DNA of 64,000 nucleotides from NCBI GenBank assembly GCA_951406725.2, contig OX597817.1:157480001-157544000 (forward strand), given 5' to 3'. Origin of the DNA: Octopus vulgaris. Taxonomy: Eukaryota. Below, in pieces: positions 50,129-62,900 of the stretch; positions within the stretch are counted from its first letter, which is position 1; every line of letters begins with the position of its first letter. A program made the translations under genes and the position numbers. The notes beneath the pieces are model-generated. The model did no database searches. It had not been told where the DNA came from and was given only the letters and a program-made list of their open reading frames with translations.

Positions 50129-50130
<2 letters not shown>
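49806..50130 (+). mobile_element. SINE family F (tRNA-Arg-like head, CORE domain, distinct tail)
   Basis: TGGCTCAGTGG, cttACGat loop, CORE domain. Other copies at 50720-51053 and (partial) 44430-44660. Confidence 0.88.
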
Positions 50131-50163
<33 letters not shown>

Positions 50164-50684
50164 TATATATGTATATATATCTATATATATATTCTTTACT
50201 CTTTTATTCTTTTACTTGTTTCAATCATTTGACTGTGGCCATGCTGGAGCACCACCTTTAGTCAAGCAAATCGACCCCAGGACTTATTTTTTGTAAGCCT
50301 AGTACTTATTCATTCTATCAGTCTCTTTTGCCAAACCGCTACAAGTACATCTGTGTAATGTGCAATGGCTGTCACTGTTCACGTTTGTGTGCTTTGAGTT
50401 CAAATCCTGACATGACTGATTTTGCCCTTCATGCTTCTTGGGTCGATAAAGCAATTAACTATGAAACACATAGGCATAGCTGTGTGTTAAGAAGTTTGCT
50501 TCCCATCCATATGGTTCCAGGTTCAGTCCCACTGTGTGACACCTTGGGCAAGTGTTTTCTACTATAGCTTTGCACTGATCAAAGGCTCGGGAGTGAATTT
50601 GGAAGACAAAAATTGAAAGAAGCCTGTCATATATATATATATTATATACATACATACATACATACATACATACACGCATGCATG

Positions 50685-50715
<31 letters not shown>

Positions 50716-51051
50716 TATAGTGAAGACGCATGGCTCACTCGTTAGAGTGTCGAAATTACAACCGTGATGTTGGGAGTTCGAATCCTGGACTGGCTGTGTG
50801 TTATGTTCTTGAGCAAGACACTTTATTTCACATTGCTCCAGTTCACTCAGCTGTAGAAATGAGTTGTGACATCACTAGTGCCAAACTGTATCGGCCTTTG
50901 CCTTTTCCTTGGATGACATCAGTGGCATGGAGAGGGGAGTCTGGCATGCGTGGGCGACTGCTGGTCTTCCATAAACAACCTTGCCCAGACTTGTGCCTGG
51001 GAGGGTAACTTTCTAGGTGCAATCCCATGGTCATTCATGACCGAAGGGGGT

Positions 51052-51097
<46 letters not shown>

Positions 51098-51990
51098 CAT
51101 TCATTCATCCACTGTTCATTGAGTTCCAAGTTCTTCCGTTTGGAGTTAGTAAAATAATTTCCCATCAGATAAAGGAATCAAATTTACTGAACCTCACCAA
51201 AATCTTTTTAAAAAATAGAAAAAATAAAGGATAAATTGTGGTCTTGTGCTAATTGATAAAATAAGTATTAATGACACCAACGCTAAGAAATTAACAATGA
51301 TAATACACCAGTCTTTGCCAGTAAGCCACATTATCAACAGCAACATAAGCATTATTAGAACTAAAATATTCTGGTCAATTCACATTACTGGTTATGACTA
51401 ATAATTCTGACCTGTCAAACAGACAACTTCAGATATAAATTGTTTTTAATAACAATTTCTTATCTTACATTGGCACAGAAAAACTAATTGGAGTGGAGGG
51501 AAGAAGATGGATGTAGTTAGTTCAATATAATCTAATATTTCACTTGTTTTCAGAAGGTTGAATAATTAACTCAGCAGGACTTGGACTCAGAATGTACAAA
51601 TGTGTGACTAAATAATCTTATTAGCTGCTTTAATAATAATGATAATAAATAACAATTCTTGCCAATTTTGGCACAAGGCTAACAATTTTGAGAAGTGGGA
51701 GAAGTCAATTATGTGGGTCCCAGTGCTCAGCTGGTACTTATTTTATTAGTCCAAAAAGGATGAAAGGCAAAGTTGAAAATGTAAATTAATCTTCAGCCAC
51801 ATATAGAATTTTAAAAAATTAAATGGACAATGTACAATTTTATACTTATTTCATTTGCCAACATTACAAAGAGGGTAGATATATAGACAGAGAGGTTTAT
51901 TTTATCATTAAGAACATGATAGTAGAAGGTCCTTCTCCATCTGTAGATTTTTTATCATTGTGGTGGTGGTGGTGGAGGTGGTTGTGGTGG

Positions 51991-52021
<31 letters not shown>

Positions 52022-53539
52022 ATCATTTACATTGTAGAATGATGTGTTTCATTTCTATATTGAATAACATTTTTTTTTTAATGTGATATTGATTTTCACT
52101 TGATGATCAATCTTGTCACAGCCAAATTACTTTAGCAACAAACAGAAAAAAAAAAAAAATTTTTTCTCAACCTCTGCTGATAATATAATCTTAAAGATTG
52201 TTCCTCCTTTCATCTTTTGGTTGAATGTATATTTTCTACAGGTGACTGATATAAACAATTACAAAATCTGAAGTATGGTATCTCTTAAACTAAACATACT
52301 GAATAGCATCTGTGATGAGAATTATTGAGAGAACCTACAGTTAAGTTGTACTATGTCATAGTAGGGTAAATGCTGGAGATTGCTAAAGAAATGTTGTTTA
52401 AAACCCAAAGGTAGTGGAAGTTCTGAAATCATAAACAATTTTTCTGAGATGATATCCTTCAAGATGTTTGTCTGGAGATATGAATGATATAACCTTTATG
52501 CAATATAAAGCAAATAAATATAATATCAGTGTTTTCTGCATTCACAAAAGCTGAAGTATTAGGTGGAATTTTCCATTTAAAAGAATGTGTGAAATGAGAA
52601 CTTTTAGTTTCCTTTCTAAATGTCAAGATAGCAAAATAGAAAAACATTGTTTTACATGTTGAATTTTCTTAGATCTAACACATGTTGGAAGATTATATTT
52701 TATCAGTGTTATAAGAGATGCAGTCATGCAGTAATCTAGAGATTTAGAATACTCAAGAAATCGAGTAGAAAGAATGTGATAAAACAAATATTATTCTAAG
52801 AAGCAGAATAGGTTATTATTTATAGCACAGCAAGTAGAAGACAAAGAGGAGAGACAAACTAAAGTTTCTGTTAATAGAATATAAAAGATTCTATATTTAA
52901 AAGGAATTTCAGTGTGAAGGACATCATTTTTACTGATTATTTTGTAGTTATTTTATGAAATTAAATTGGGAAACATAATTTACTGCTGTTCCAAACAAAA
53001 GGAGATATTAAAAGATAACGGTTTAATTCATTTGGCAGAATAGACAATTTAGAATTAAAAAATATTTATGGTTTGTTCAGATAAGATTTTTTCAACAAGA
53101 TATTTCTCCATTAATTGAATATTGAAAAATCTGATGAAATGATTCCACTCTGCCAGTTAATCTAAGAAGGTTCTCAATTCTAGAATAGAAATATTTTGCA
53201 TAAAAGATATCTAGGAAGCAAAATAATTTATTCATATTATTATTTTTAGTTAAGTTAGTATTAACACATTTAATGCAAGGAGTATTAAGAAACCAACTAG
53301 AAATAATTTGCATTATGAAGAGAAAAAAAAAAGAATGGTTATTAAATAATAATAATATTATTATCCAGGAGACAATTCCCGACCTGTTCTTTCTAGTGGC
53401 CACATTGGTTGAACCTAGACTCCACTGTGCTTGAAGTAGTAATGGGTGGATCATTAAGTAAGTGTACAAGAATGTGCATTGGTTGGTTTAGGAAACTACA
53501 ACTGTTTGGAGAGTAAATTGCTCAATGATGATATTCATA

Positions 53540-53833
53540 TCTTTATTTATAAAAGAAAGGTTGTGTGTCTGTCTACTCCGATTTAGATTCCTAACTACTC
53601 CCACATTTTGCGATGCAGTTTAACCAAAACCGGGTATCTTATAGTCGTGATTCATATCGAGCCCTTCTGGGTATTAGCGCACGTCTACGATGAGTCTACG
53701 ATTTTTAAAATAATTTACCATATTTTTTTTCCATTTTTAATGCATTTTTTGCTATTTTTTGGCTATAACTCTCTAAAAATGCTTTATAGTTATTTCCCGT
53801 ACAAACCCGAGCAACGCCGGGCGATACTGCTAG
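53540..53833 (+). mobile_element. Non-autonomous Helitron
   Basis: 5' A|TC start, 3' hairpin cccgagcaacgccggg at 53806-53821, CTAG|T end, no TSD. Confidence 0.88.
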
Positions 53834-53984
53834 TGAAATATAATAGATGAATTAGTGTAAGCATATTTTATGCAAACAAGCATGTCCCATAACTAAAGAC
53901 AGGACTTTTGTATTTGCTTGTGCCAAAGAAAATAACATATTTTTAGCAATTAAATCTGACCTACCCTCCAGTTTTAATGCACCA

Positions 53985-54850
53985 CAAAGTTCAGTTGTGT
54001 TGTCTACATTCTTCCTTCTCTACATTAATGACCTTGACCTACTGGCTGTTATCTCTAGCAACTCCCATTTCTCTGCAGCTGATACTGCTCTTTCTTTCCT
54101 TCTTAAGCATCAAAATACAGAAATCATCTACATGTCACATCAACACTTTCTTCAAATCAGCACTGTCTCCGTAAACTGAGACTTTAAAAGGATTTTCCAT
54201 TGGGATGTGACAGTCTTATTTCATCCAACAAAACAAAGAAATAAAGACACCATCTGCCCATAGCAGGGCAACAATCTTGTACTTTCATTATCTCTAGTCT
54301 TGGACAACATACAAAGTCTTCAAAGTCTCTAACAATACTAGGTGGTATCGATAATCTTTTCTAACCTACCTCTTCAATACCAGAAAATGGATGGAAGCAC
54401 TCCGTCGGTTACGACGATGAGGGTTCCGGTTGATATGAATCAACAGAACAGCCTGCTCATGAAATTAACGTGTAAGTGGCTGAGCACTCCACAGACAAGT
54501 GTACCCTCCTTAACGTAGTTCTCAGGGATATTCAGCGTGACACAGAGAGTGACAAGGCTGGTCCTTTGAAATACAGGTACAACAGAAACAGGAAGTAAGA
54601 GTGAGAGAAAGTTGTGGTGAAAGAGTACAGCAGGGATCACCACCATCCCCTGCCAGAGCCTCGTGGAGCTTTTAGGTGTTTTCGCTCAATAAACACTCAC
54701 AACGCCCGGTCTGGGAATCGAAACTACGATCCTATGACCGTGAGTCCACTGCCCTAACCACTGGGCCATTGCGCCTCCTCTCTAGAATGTCAACTCACTG
54801 GAATTACTTTCCTATCCGTGTTTTTCTTGCAGCTAAGCTCTGTATAAATC
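53985..54850 (+). mobile_element. Highly degenerate CR1/Jockey-type RT remnant interrupted by SINE D
   Basis: VLSTFFLLYINDL..SHFSAADTAL resembles GSVLSPTLFLLYINDL..FADD; a later HWNYFPIRVF remnant is also present. Confidence 0.6.
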
Positions 54851-55099
54851 TCACCAGCCTCAAAGGACCAATGATGGAGATCAGGATTACAGTCTCTTTC
54901 ACTAGACCAAAACTATTCAAAAAGCATTGGTAGTTTAGGCTAGAGTTAAGTTCCCAGTAAGCTGGATCTCAAACTAGTTTCAGTTTGTAATTCAGGTGCT
55001 TTTACTCTGCTCACATTCTATTATCTCATTTCATCTTGTGCATCTGTAAGACTGAACCTGTGAGAAATCAATATTAGAAAACCTATAGGATATTAGAAA

Positions 55100-55915
55100 A
55101 CGCAGGAGTGGTTGTGTGGTAAGTAGCTTGCTTACCAACCACATGGTTCCAGGTTCAGTCCCACTGTGTGGCACCTTGGGCAAGTGTTTTCTACTACAGC
55201 TTCGGGCCGTCCAAAGCCTTGTGAGTGGATTTGGTAGAGGGAAACTGAAAGAAGCCCGTCATATATATGTATTTTTCTTTCTTTTCTTTTTTTTTTTCTT
55301 TTACTTGTTTCAGTCATTTGACTGCGGCCATGCTGGAGCACCGCCTTTAGTCGAGCATATCGACCCCGGGACTTATTCTTTGTAAGCCCAGTACTTATTC
55401 TATCGGTCTCTTTTTGCCGAACCGCTAAGTGACGGGGACGTAAACACACCAGCATCGATGTCAAGCAATGCTAGGGGGTCAAACACAGACACACAAACAC
55501 ACACACATACATATATATATACATATACATATATACGACAGGCTTCTTTCAGTTTCCGTCTACCAAATCCACTCACAAGGCATTGGTCGGCCCGGGGCTA
55601 TAGCAGAAGACACTTGCCCAAGATGCCACGCAGTGGGACTGAACCCGGAACCATGTGGTTGGTTAGCAAGCTACTTACCACTCAGCCAATGTGTATGTGT
55701 GTGTTTGCGTGTCTGAGTTTGTCCCCACAACATCGCTTGACAACTGATGCTGGTGTGTTTGCGTCCCCGTAACTTAGCAGTTTGGCAAAAGAGACTGATA
55801 GAATGAATAAGTACTAGGCTTACAAAGAATAAGTCCTGGGGTCGATTTGCTCGGCTAAAGGTGGTGCTCCAGCATGGCCACAGTCAAATGACTGAAACAA
55901 GTAAAAGAGTAAAGA
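55100..55915. mobile_element. SINE-A copy (-, about 55296-55685) nested in the TA tract of another SINE-A copy (+)
   Basis: The order is head(+), tail(-), head(-), tail(+). Confidence 0.88.
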
Positions 55916-57363
55916 GAGCAAGTACTTTAATGTAGAGGCAGGCTCTGTGTGAAACATGGTTTCAATTTCCTGTTATAGGTATTTCACTTCATGTACCCTA
56001 ATAATACCCATAAAAAAAGGTTTGAATGTCATACAAACTTAGGTCACATTCTGATATAATAATTAAACACTGTTGCACTTGTTATCTGATCAGAACTGAC
56101 TTGTATTATGATGCCAATGTTAAGTGCGTCTTCAGTGATACAAAACCTAGCCATTGTATATTTGCACGAGATTTCAGTAAGTGTATGTTCAATAGGATTA
56201 AAATATTTGCATACTGCCATACGAGTGTTTACAATTTAAATTGCAGGAAGTTAACTGCTTGTCAGGATATAAGTTTCACAGCTGAAAGCTAACATCTTTC
56301 TCTGTGGTCAATCAATACTCATCACCAATGTCAATATGCCAGCTAATAGTGATGACAATCTTGTCCAGTCGACCACAGAATCTAAAATCTAAAGCAATAT
56401 TATTAGTATTGAACAGAAGCAATAACCAATAAACTTTAAATTTAGACCTACATTAATTGCTAAATGATATAAGACATACAGAGAAGGATTTTAAATGAAA
56501 TGGAAATTACTTCTAAATACCTTAAGCCTCTGCTGCATTTATTCTTCTTTCCAAAAGCTCTGATTTTAGTTCAGATATAATTGAAAGAAACACTAAACTG
56601 CAGGTTGTTGCCTGAACCCTATTATTAGCTAGTCAGTTTTACTCATTAAACATAGCTGAAAAAAAATAAGCATGATCTTTTTTTGTATCAACACAGACAC
56701 ACCTAGGTGTTACCGGTTTAAACAATTTCTTCAATTATCTATATTAATGTGGCCCATATTTGAAAAACATTTTAGCATTTAGGCTTATGGTTGATGTAAC
56801 TACAGTAGTTGCCAGTATTGCTGAACACAAATAGCCAAGGTTCATCATCATCATCATCATCATTTAACGTCCGCTTTCCATGCTGGCATGGGTTGGACGA
56901 TTTGATTGAGGTCTGGTGAACCAGATGGCTGCACCAGGCTCCAATCTTGATCTGGCAGAGTTTCTACAGCTGGATGCCCTTCCAAATGCCAACCACTCTG
57001 ACAGTGTAGTGGGTGCTTTTACGTGGCATGAGGGCCAGTCAGGTGGTACTAGCAATGGCCACGCTCAAATGGTGCTTTTTATGTGCCACCTGCACAGGAG
57101 CCAGTCCAGCGGCACTGGCAACGATCTCACTCGAATATTTTTTCACGTGCCACTAGCACAAGTGCCAGTAAGGCGACGCAGATAACGATCACGCTCGAAT
57201 GGTGCTTTTTACGTGCAGCAGAAAACAGTGTGTAGCTATGATTTATAAAGTTTTATTGGAGAAATTAGAATGGGGGTTGTAATAAGAGAAAAGTTTGTAT
57301 TAGAATTAATGCATGATGTATAACCAACTTTCATTTGAGATTTCCCTATAAAATATACATGTA

Positions 57364-57580
57364 CAAGGCGGTGCTGAAAAGTTCCTGGCTTCAGGTAAAA
57401 AGAAAATAGAGGAGGATCAGTTAATTACGATTTTATTCAATATATTCCCTTCTCAGATTCACACACTTATTGCAGTGGTCCTTCGGTTTTTCTAAGCCTG
57501 TAAAAGAACTCAGAAGGTTGGGTCTCCAACTAGGCCTTTTGTAATACCCTTAGAACCAGGAACTTTTCAGCACCCCCTCA
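57364..57580. mobile_element. Tc1/mariner MITE
   Basis: TA-caaggcggtgctgaaaagttcctgg ... ccaggaacttttcagcaccccctca-TA. Confidence 0.88.
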
Positions 57581-58816
57581 TATATTCTTTGGCACAACAA
57601 CATATAAAATTTCCAAGTCTTCAAGCCAGGAGTTGGCCTAAAAGTATATGAAAGCTACCAAATTCCTCAAAGTTAAAAATTTAAAATTCATCTGGTTGAC
57701 AATTCTGTGCCTGAATTGGCCAATCAATTGTGTTATTCTGCTGAGAACTTGACATAAATTTATTCCACACAAATGCTAAGTTTTAATGCATATGTGTGTG
57801 TGCATATATGTGTATGTATATTGCTTTATTGAGTTTAAATTTTCAACATGTTGGTACAATATTTCAATGACTGTTAAACTATAAAGTCAATATGCATTCT
57901 GTTACATGATTATAAGCTTTTAATACCGAAGACGTTGACAGAGTTAAAAAAAACTCTGATGAGTGATTAAAATGTTTAGAAGCATGCAGTCATTATGATA
58001 TTTGCACTGTGCTGCCAAAAGCCATAGATATATGCATGATCTCAAAGCTTCATTCTACAGTAAGACTAATGATGTTTAAAACATATAAATATATTTTTGC
58101 ATAATGAATGTTTTGAAGTTTCTAATTTCATCCCTGTCATGGAGACAAATGCTATATATTAACACATAATGGAAGCCTAACATTTCAGAAACATACCCAG
58201 AACATAAATTATCACCTTATTTCTTCATCTATGTGGATTCAACATCTGTTTTACCATTAGACGCCGGGACTTATTCTTTTTGTAAGCCCAGTACTTATTC
58301 TATCGGTCTCTTTTTGCTGAACCGCTAAGTGACGGGGACGTAAACACACCAGCATCGGTTGTCAAGCAATGCTAGGGGAACAAACACAGACACACAAACA
58401 CACACACATACATATATATATATACATATATACGACAGGCTTACTTACCACACAGCCACTCCTACGCCTATTAAAATTTTTCAAGTATAATATAAAACAA
58501 GATAAATAGAAACCTAAATTAAACAAATTTATTTCATCAAATTTTTACAGGATGAAGAGAAGGTGGGTTTCACTGAAGGTAGGGCAAGAACGTTACAGAG
58601 ATACAGGGGCAATGTATGAAATAAGAAGGAACACGATGTGGAAGTTTTGAAGGGCAGCACAATATATATGAGCAAACTGTTCAGTGTTGCTGTGGGATGA
58701 AGTCAGCAGCTGGGGAGCTGAGCGGAACTTGGGGCTGATCGGAAGAGGAAGGGCGCAGGAGTGATGCATGCGCAGGCAGGGGAGGAAAGGCATTTTCATA
58801 GCATTTTTGTTTGTCT

Positions 58817-58879
58817 TAATAACTGATGAGATGCCGGAACAGATTTCTGCCCCGACATCCGAAACTCGGAGTTTTATTA
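58817..58879 (+). ncRNA. Type I hammerhead ribozyme motif
   Basis: Stem I UAAUAA/UUAUUA; CUGAUGA at 58823-58829; stem II GAUGcCGG..CCGaCAUC with one extra C; GAAA at 58861-58864; stem III ACUC/GAGU; GUU triplet. Confidence 0.75.
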
Positions 58880-58908
58880 TTGCAACTGAATAATTGTTAC
58901 AGATAAAT

Positions 58909-59346
58909 TGGCATGTAAAAGCACCATCCGTTCGTGCCCGTTGCCAGCCTCGCCTAGCCCCCGTGCCGGTGACACGTAAAAGCACCATCCGTTTCGTGGC
59001 CGTTTGCCAGCTCTGTCTGGCCCCCGTGTTGGTGGCACGTAAAAGCACCATCCGTTCGTGTCCGTTGCCAGCCTCGCCTGGCCCCCGTGCCGGTGACACG
59101 TAAAAGCACCATCCGTTCGTGGTCGTTTGCCAGCTCTGTCTGGCACCTGTGCAGGTGGCACGTAAAAAGCACCCACTACACTCACGGAGTGGTTGGCGTT
59201 AGGAAGGGCATCCAGCCGTAGAAACACTGCCAGATCTGACTGGGCCTGATGAAGCCTTCCAGCTTCACAGACCCCAGTTGAACCGTCCAACCCATGCTAG
59301 CATGGAGAACGGACGCTAAATGATGATGATGATGATGATGATGATG
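58909..59346 (+). mobile_element. Family-C copy with four internal tandem units of about 60 bp
   Basis: ggcacgtaaaagcaccatccgttcgtg.. is reiterated; the (GAT)n tail and diagnostic bases are shared with 15.5-16.1 kb. Confidence 0.9.
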
Positions 59347-59549
59347 AAATTCCTATATTTACATAATATCGAGGTCTCATTCATTCTTTTGTTGTCATAC
59401 TAATACTATTAATGTGTATATATATATATATATATACATATACATACATATATGTGTGGTGTGTGTGTGTGTGTGTGTGTGTGTCTGTGAGTGTGTGTGT
59501 GTATATATATAACGTATATATATATATATTATTTATATATATATATATT

Positions 59550-59659
59550 TATAATTGTTAAACAGGACAGCAAACATTAAGGCAAGGCAAATATCTCATA
59601 TATTATGACCCGAGATGTTTGCCTTGCATTAATGTTTGCTGTCCTGTTTAACAATTATA
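59550..59659. repeat. Hairpin with 48-bp arms and a 14-nt spacer, at the start of a TA-flanked segment
   Basis: tataattgttaaacaggacagcaaacattaa.. is mirrored with 2 mismatches. Confidence 0.9.
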
Positions 59660-60014
59660 TATCCACTGCATTGGAAATCTGCAATAGGCTCCATAACTAC
59701 TGTCTCGGCTATAACATTGGAGCCCCAGTAATCCATTACTGCACTTACCTAGCGTACTTAATCATTTAGATCACCTATGAACTAAACCCCCATATTTTGT
59801 ATATATATATATATATATATATAAATATATATATATAAAAAGTATATATATATATATATATAAATGACAGGTTTCTTTTAGTTTCCATCTACTAAATCCA
59901 CTCACAAGGCTTTGGTTGGCCCAAGGCTATAGTAGAAGACACTTGCCCATTCAGTGGGACCGAACCCAGAATCATGTGGTTGGTAAACAAGCTACTTACC
60001 ACACAGCCACTCCA

Positions 60015-60189
<175 letters not shown>

Positions 60190-60439
60190 GAAAAATGAAT
60201 GTAAAACAAAAAAAAATATTACTTTACTTTTACTTTTACTTTACTTGTTTCAGTCATTTGACTGCGGCCATGCTGGAGCACCGCCTTTAGTCGAGCAACT
60301 CGACCCCGGGACTTATTCTTTTTGTAAGCCCAGTACTTATTCTATCTGTCTCTTTTTGCCGAACCGCTAAGTGACGGGGACGTAAACACACCAGCACCGG
60401 TTGTCAAGCAATGCTAGGGGAACAAACACAGACACACAA

Positions 60440-60480
<41 letters not shown>

Positions 60481-61497
60481 TACGACAGGCTTCTTTCAGT
60501 TTCAGTCTACCAAATCCACTCACAAGGCATTGGTCGGCCCGGGGCTATAGCAGAAGACACTTGCCCAAGATGCCACGCAGTGGGACTGAACTCAGAACCA
60601 TGTGGTTGGTTAGCAAGCTACTTACCACACAGCCACTCCTGCACCTAAGTGTAAGTATATAATCAAACACGCACGCAGTGGTTCTTGTTACTTCTGGCTT
60701 TCTATGCTAGTATGGGTTAGATGAGCACCTGCTGTGTACACACTTTCTGTATCCTCTTTCTCCTTCTACTTCTTGTTCTTCCATCACTCTTCTGTAATAA
60801 TAGGTGAAGGTAGAACCTGAAGATGCATGTGTCATTATTGCTTTAGTTCTGCTATTTATCAACATGAGGAGGCGAAATGGCCCAGTGGTTAGGGCAGCGG
60901 ACTCGCGGTCATAGGATCGCGGTTTCGATTCCCAGACCGGGCGTTGTGAGTGTTTATTGAGCGAAAACACCTAAAGCCCCACGAGGCTCCGGCAGGGATG
61001 GTGGTGATCCCTGCTGTACTCTTTCACCACAATTTTCTCTCGCTCTTACTTCCTGTTTCTGTTGTACCTGTATTTCAAAGGGCCAGCCTTGTCACTCTCT
61101 GTGTCACGCTGAATATCCCCGAGAACTACGTTAAGGGTGCACGTGTCTGTGGAGTGCTCAGCCACTTACACGTTAATTTCACGAGCAGGCTGTTCCGTTG
61201 ATTCGGATCAACCGGAACCCTCGTCGTCGTAACCGACGGAGTGCTTCAACAAAAAGTTCTGCTATTTATCAACATGAGTTACTTTTCCCTTCCTGAATGT
61301 CCTCCATTCTTCAGTCTTGCTGTTGTTCCCCACCACTGGTTCAATATTAGCTGCCTTCACTCTCTATCTATCAGTAACTGCCACTACCCCTCTCTTTGTC
61401 CAATACTTACTTTGGCTTTCACTTTCACAACTCATATAAGAGCTACTGACAGAAAGAATAATCAGCTCTAAAACACCTATACTGTGTTTGTCTAGCT

Positions 61498-62416
61498 CAG
61501 TGGTTCTCAACCGGGGTTCATATGGCCCCTGAGAGTCCATATAATATTTGGTAAATTGGGAGATCCACAATAGCATTTTAAGGGCCCCTAAAAAATTTTG
61601 CTTGAGCTTGAGGAGACCTATTTTGCTGTGCTTGATGAGACCTATTGAGTCAAGTACATCAACATCAAAATAAATATCAAATGGAAATTGTAGTTGTGAT
61701 ACGTGTACCGGTGGCACGTAAAAAGCACCCACTACACTCTCGGAGTGGTTGGTGTTAGGAAGGGCATCCAGCTGTAGAAACATTGCCAGATCAGACTGGA
61801 GCCTGGTGCAGCCTCTTAGATTCCCAGGCCCCGGTCGAACCGTCCAACCCATGCTAGCATGGAAAACAGACGTTAAACAATGATGATATATGTATTAGTA
61901 TGTATTGCAAGAGTGTGGAGGCACATGGTCTAGTGGTTAGAGCAGTGGACTAGCAGTTGAGGGATCACAGGTTCGAATCTCAGACCAGGTGATGTGTGTG
62001 TTTATGACCGAAACACCTAAGCTCTGGCAGAAGTTAATGGCGAACTTCTGCTGACTCTTTCACCACAACTTTTTTTCATTCTTTCCTCCTGCATCTTGCA
62101 GCGCACCTGCAACAGACTGCTGTCCTGTCCAGGTGAGGAACCTATATGCTAAGGAAACCGGGAAACTGGCCCTTATGAGCCAGGCTTCGTTCAAGAAGGA
62201 ACAAAAAATGTATTGCAAGAAACAGCTAGGATTTTTTCTGTAACATTATACATTGTTCAACCTACACAAGATAATGTGTGAAAAACAAAATAGGAATTTT
62301 GAAACAAGTTTCTATAAAACTAGTTTTTAAGCATCGAATGGCTATGGGGTGGGGGTCCACCAGAATAAAATAGAAATCAAAAGGAGTCATAGATAAAAAA
62401 TGGTTGAGAACCCCAG
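61498..62416. mobile_element. hAT-Charlie-type MITE carrying nested family-C and family-I insertions
   Basis: TIRs cagtggttctcaacc / ggttgagaaccccag and an 8-bp TSD gtctagct at 61490-61497 and 62417-62424. Confidence 0.9.
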
Positions 62417-62483
62417 GTCTAGCTCATGCGAGCATGGATGAGTGGACATAAAGTGACTGAATGAATGAGGAACAACTTATATA

Positions 62484-62900
62484 TATTTCTTTACTGCCCA
62501 CAAGGGGCTAAACATAGAAGGAACAAACAAGGACAGATAAAGGGACCAAGTCCATTACATTGACCCCAGTGCAAAACTGGTACTTTTTTTACTGACCCCG
62601 AAAGAATGAAAGGCAAAGTCGACCTCGGCGGAATTTGAACTCAGAACGTAGTGGCAGACGAAATACCTATTTCTTTACTGCCCACAAGGGGCTAAACATA
62701 GAGGGAACAAACAAGGACAGATAAAGGGACCAAGTCCATTACATTGACCCCAGTGCGAAACTGGTACTTTTTTTACTGACCCCGAAAGGATGAAAGGCAA
62801 AGTCGACCTCAGTGGAATTTGAACTCAGAACGTAGCGACAGATGAAATACTGCTAAGCATTTCGCCTGGTGTGCTAACGTTTCTGCCAGCTCACCGCCTT
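62484..62900 (-). mobile_element. SINE family B dimer
   Basis: Period 184 bp (62484 and 62668); the two units share private variants. Confidence 0.9.

Noticed and set aside
52242-52271. Strong-looking acceptor (ttttctacAG) followed by VTDINNYKI*
   Set aside because: No upstream partner exon or homology identifiable; needs RNA-seq.
57955-57995. CTGATGA motif
   Set aside because: No convincing stem II, GAAA or stem I.
58909-59170. CRISPR-like regularly spaced 60-bp array
   Set aside because: The spacers alternate between two near-identical types, the context is an RTE 3' UTR in a eukaryote, and there are no cas genes.
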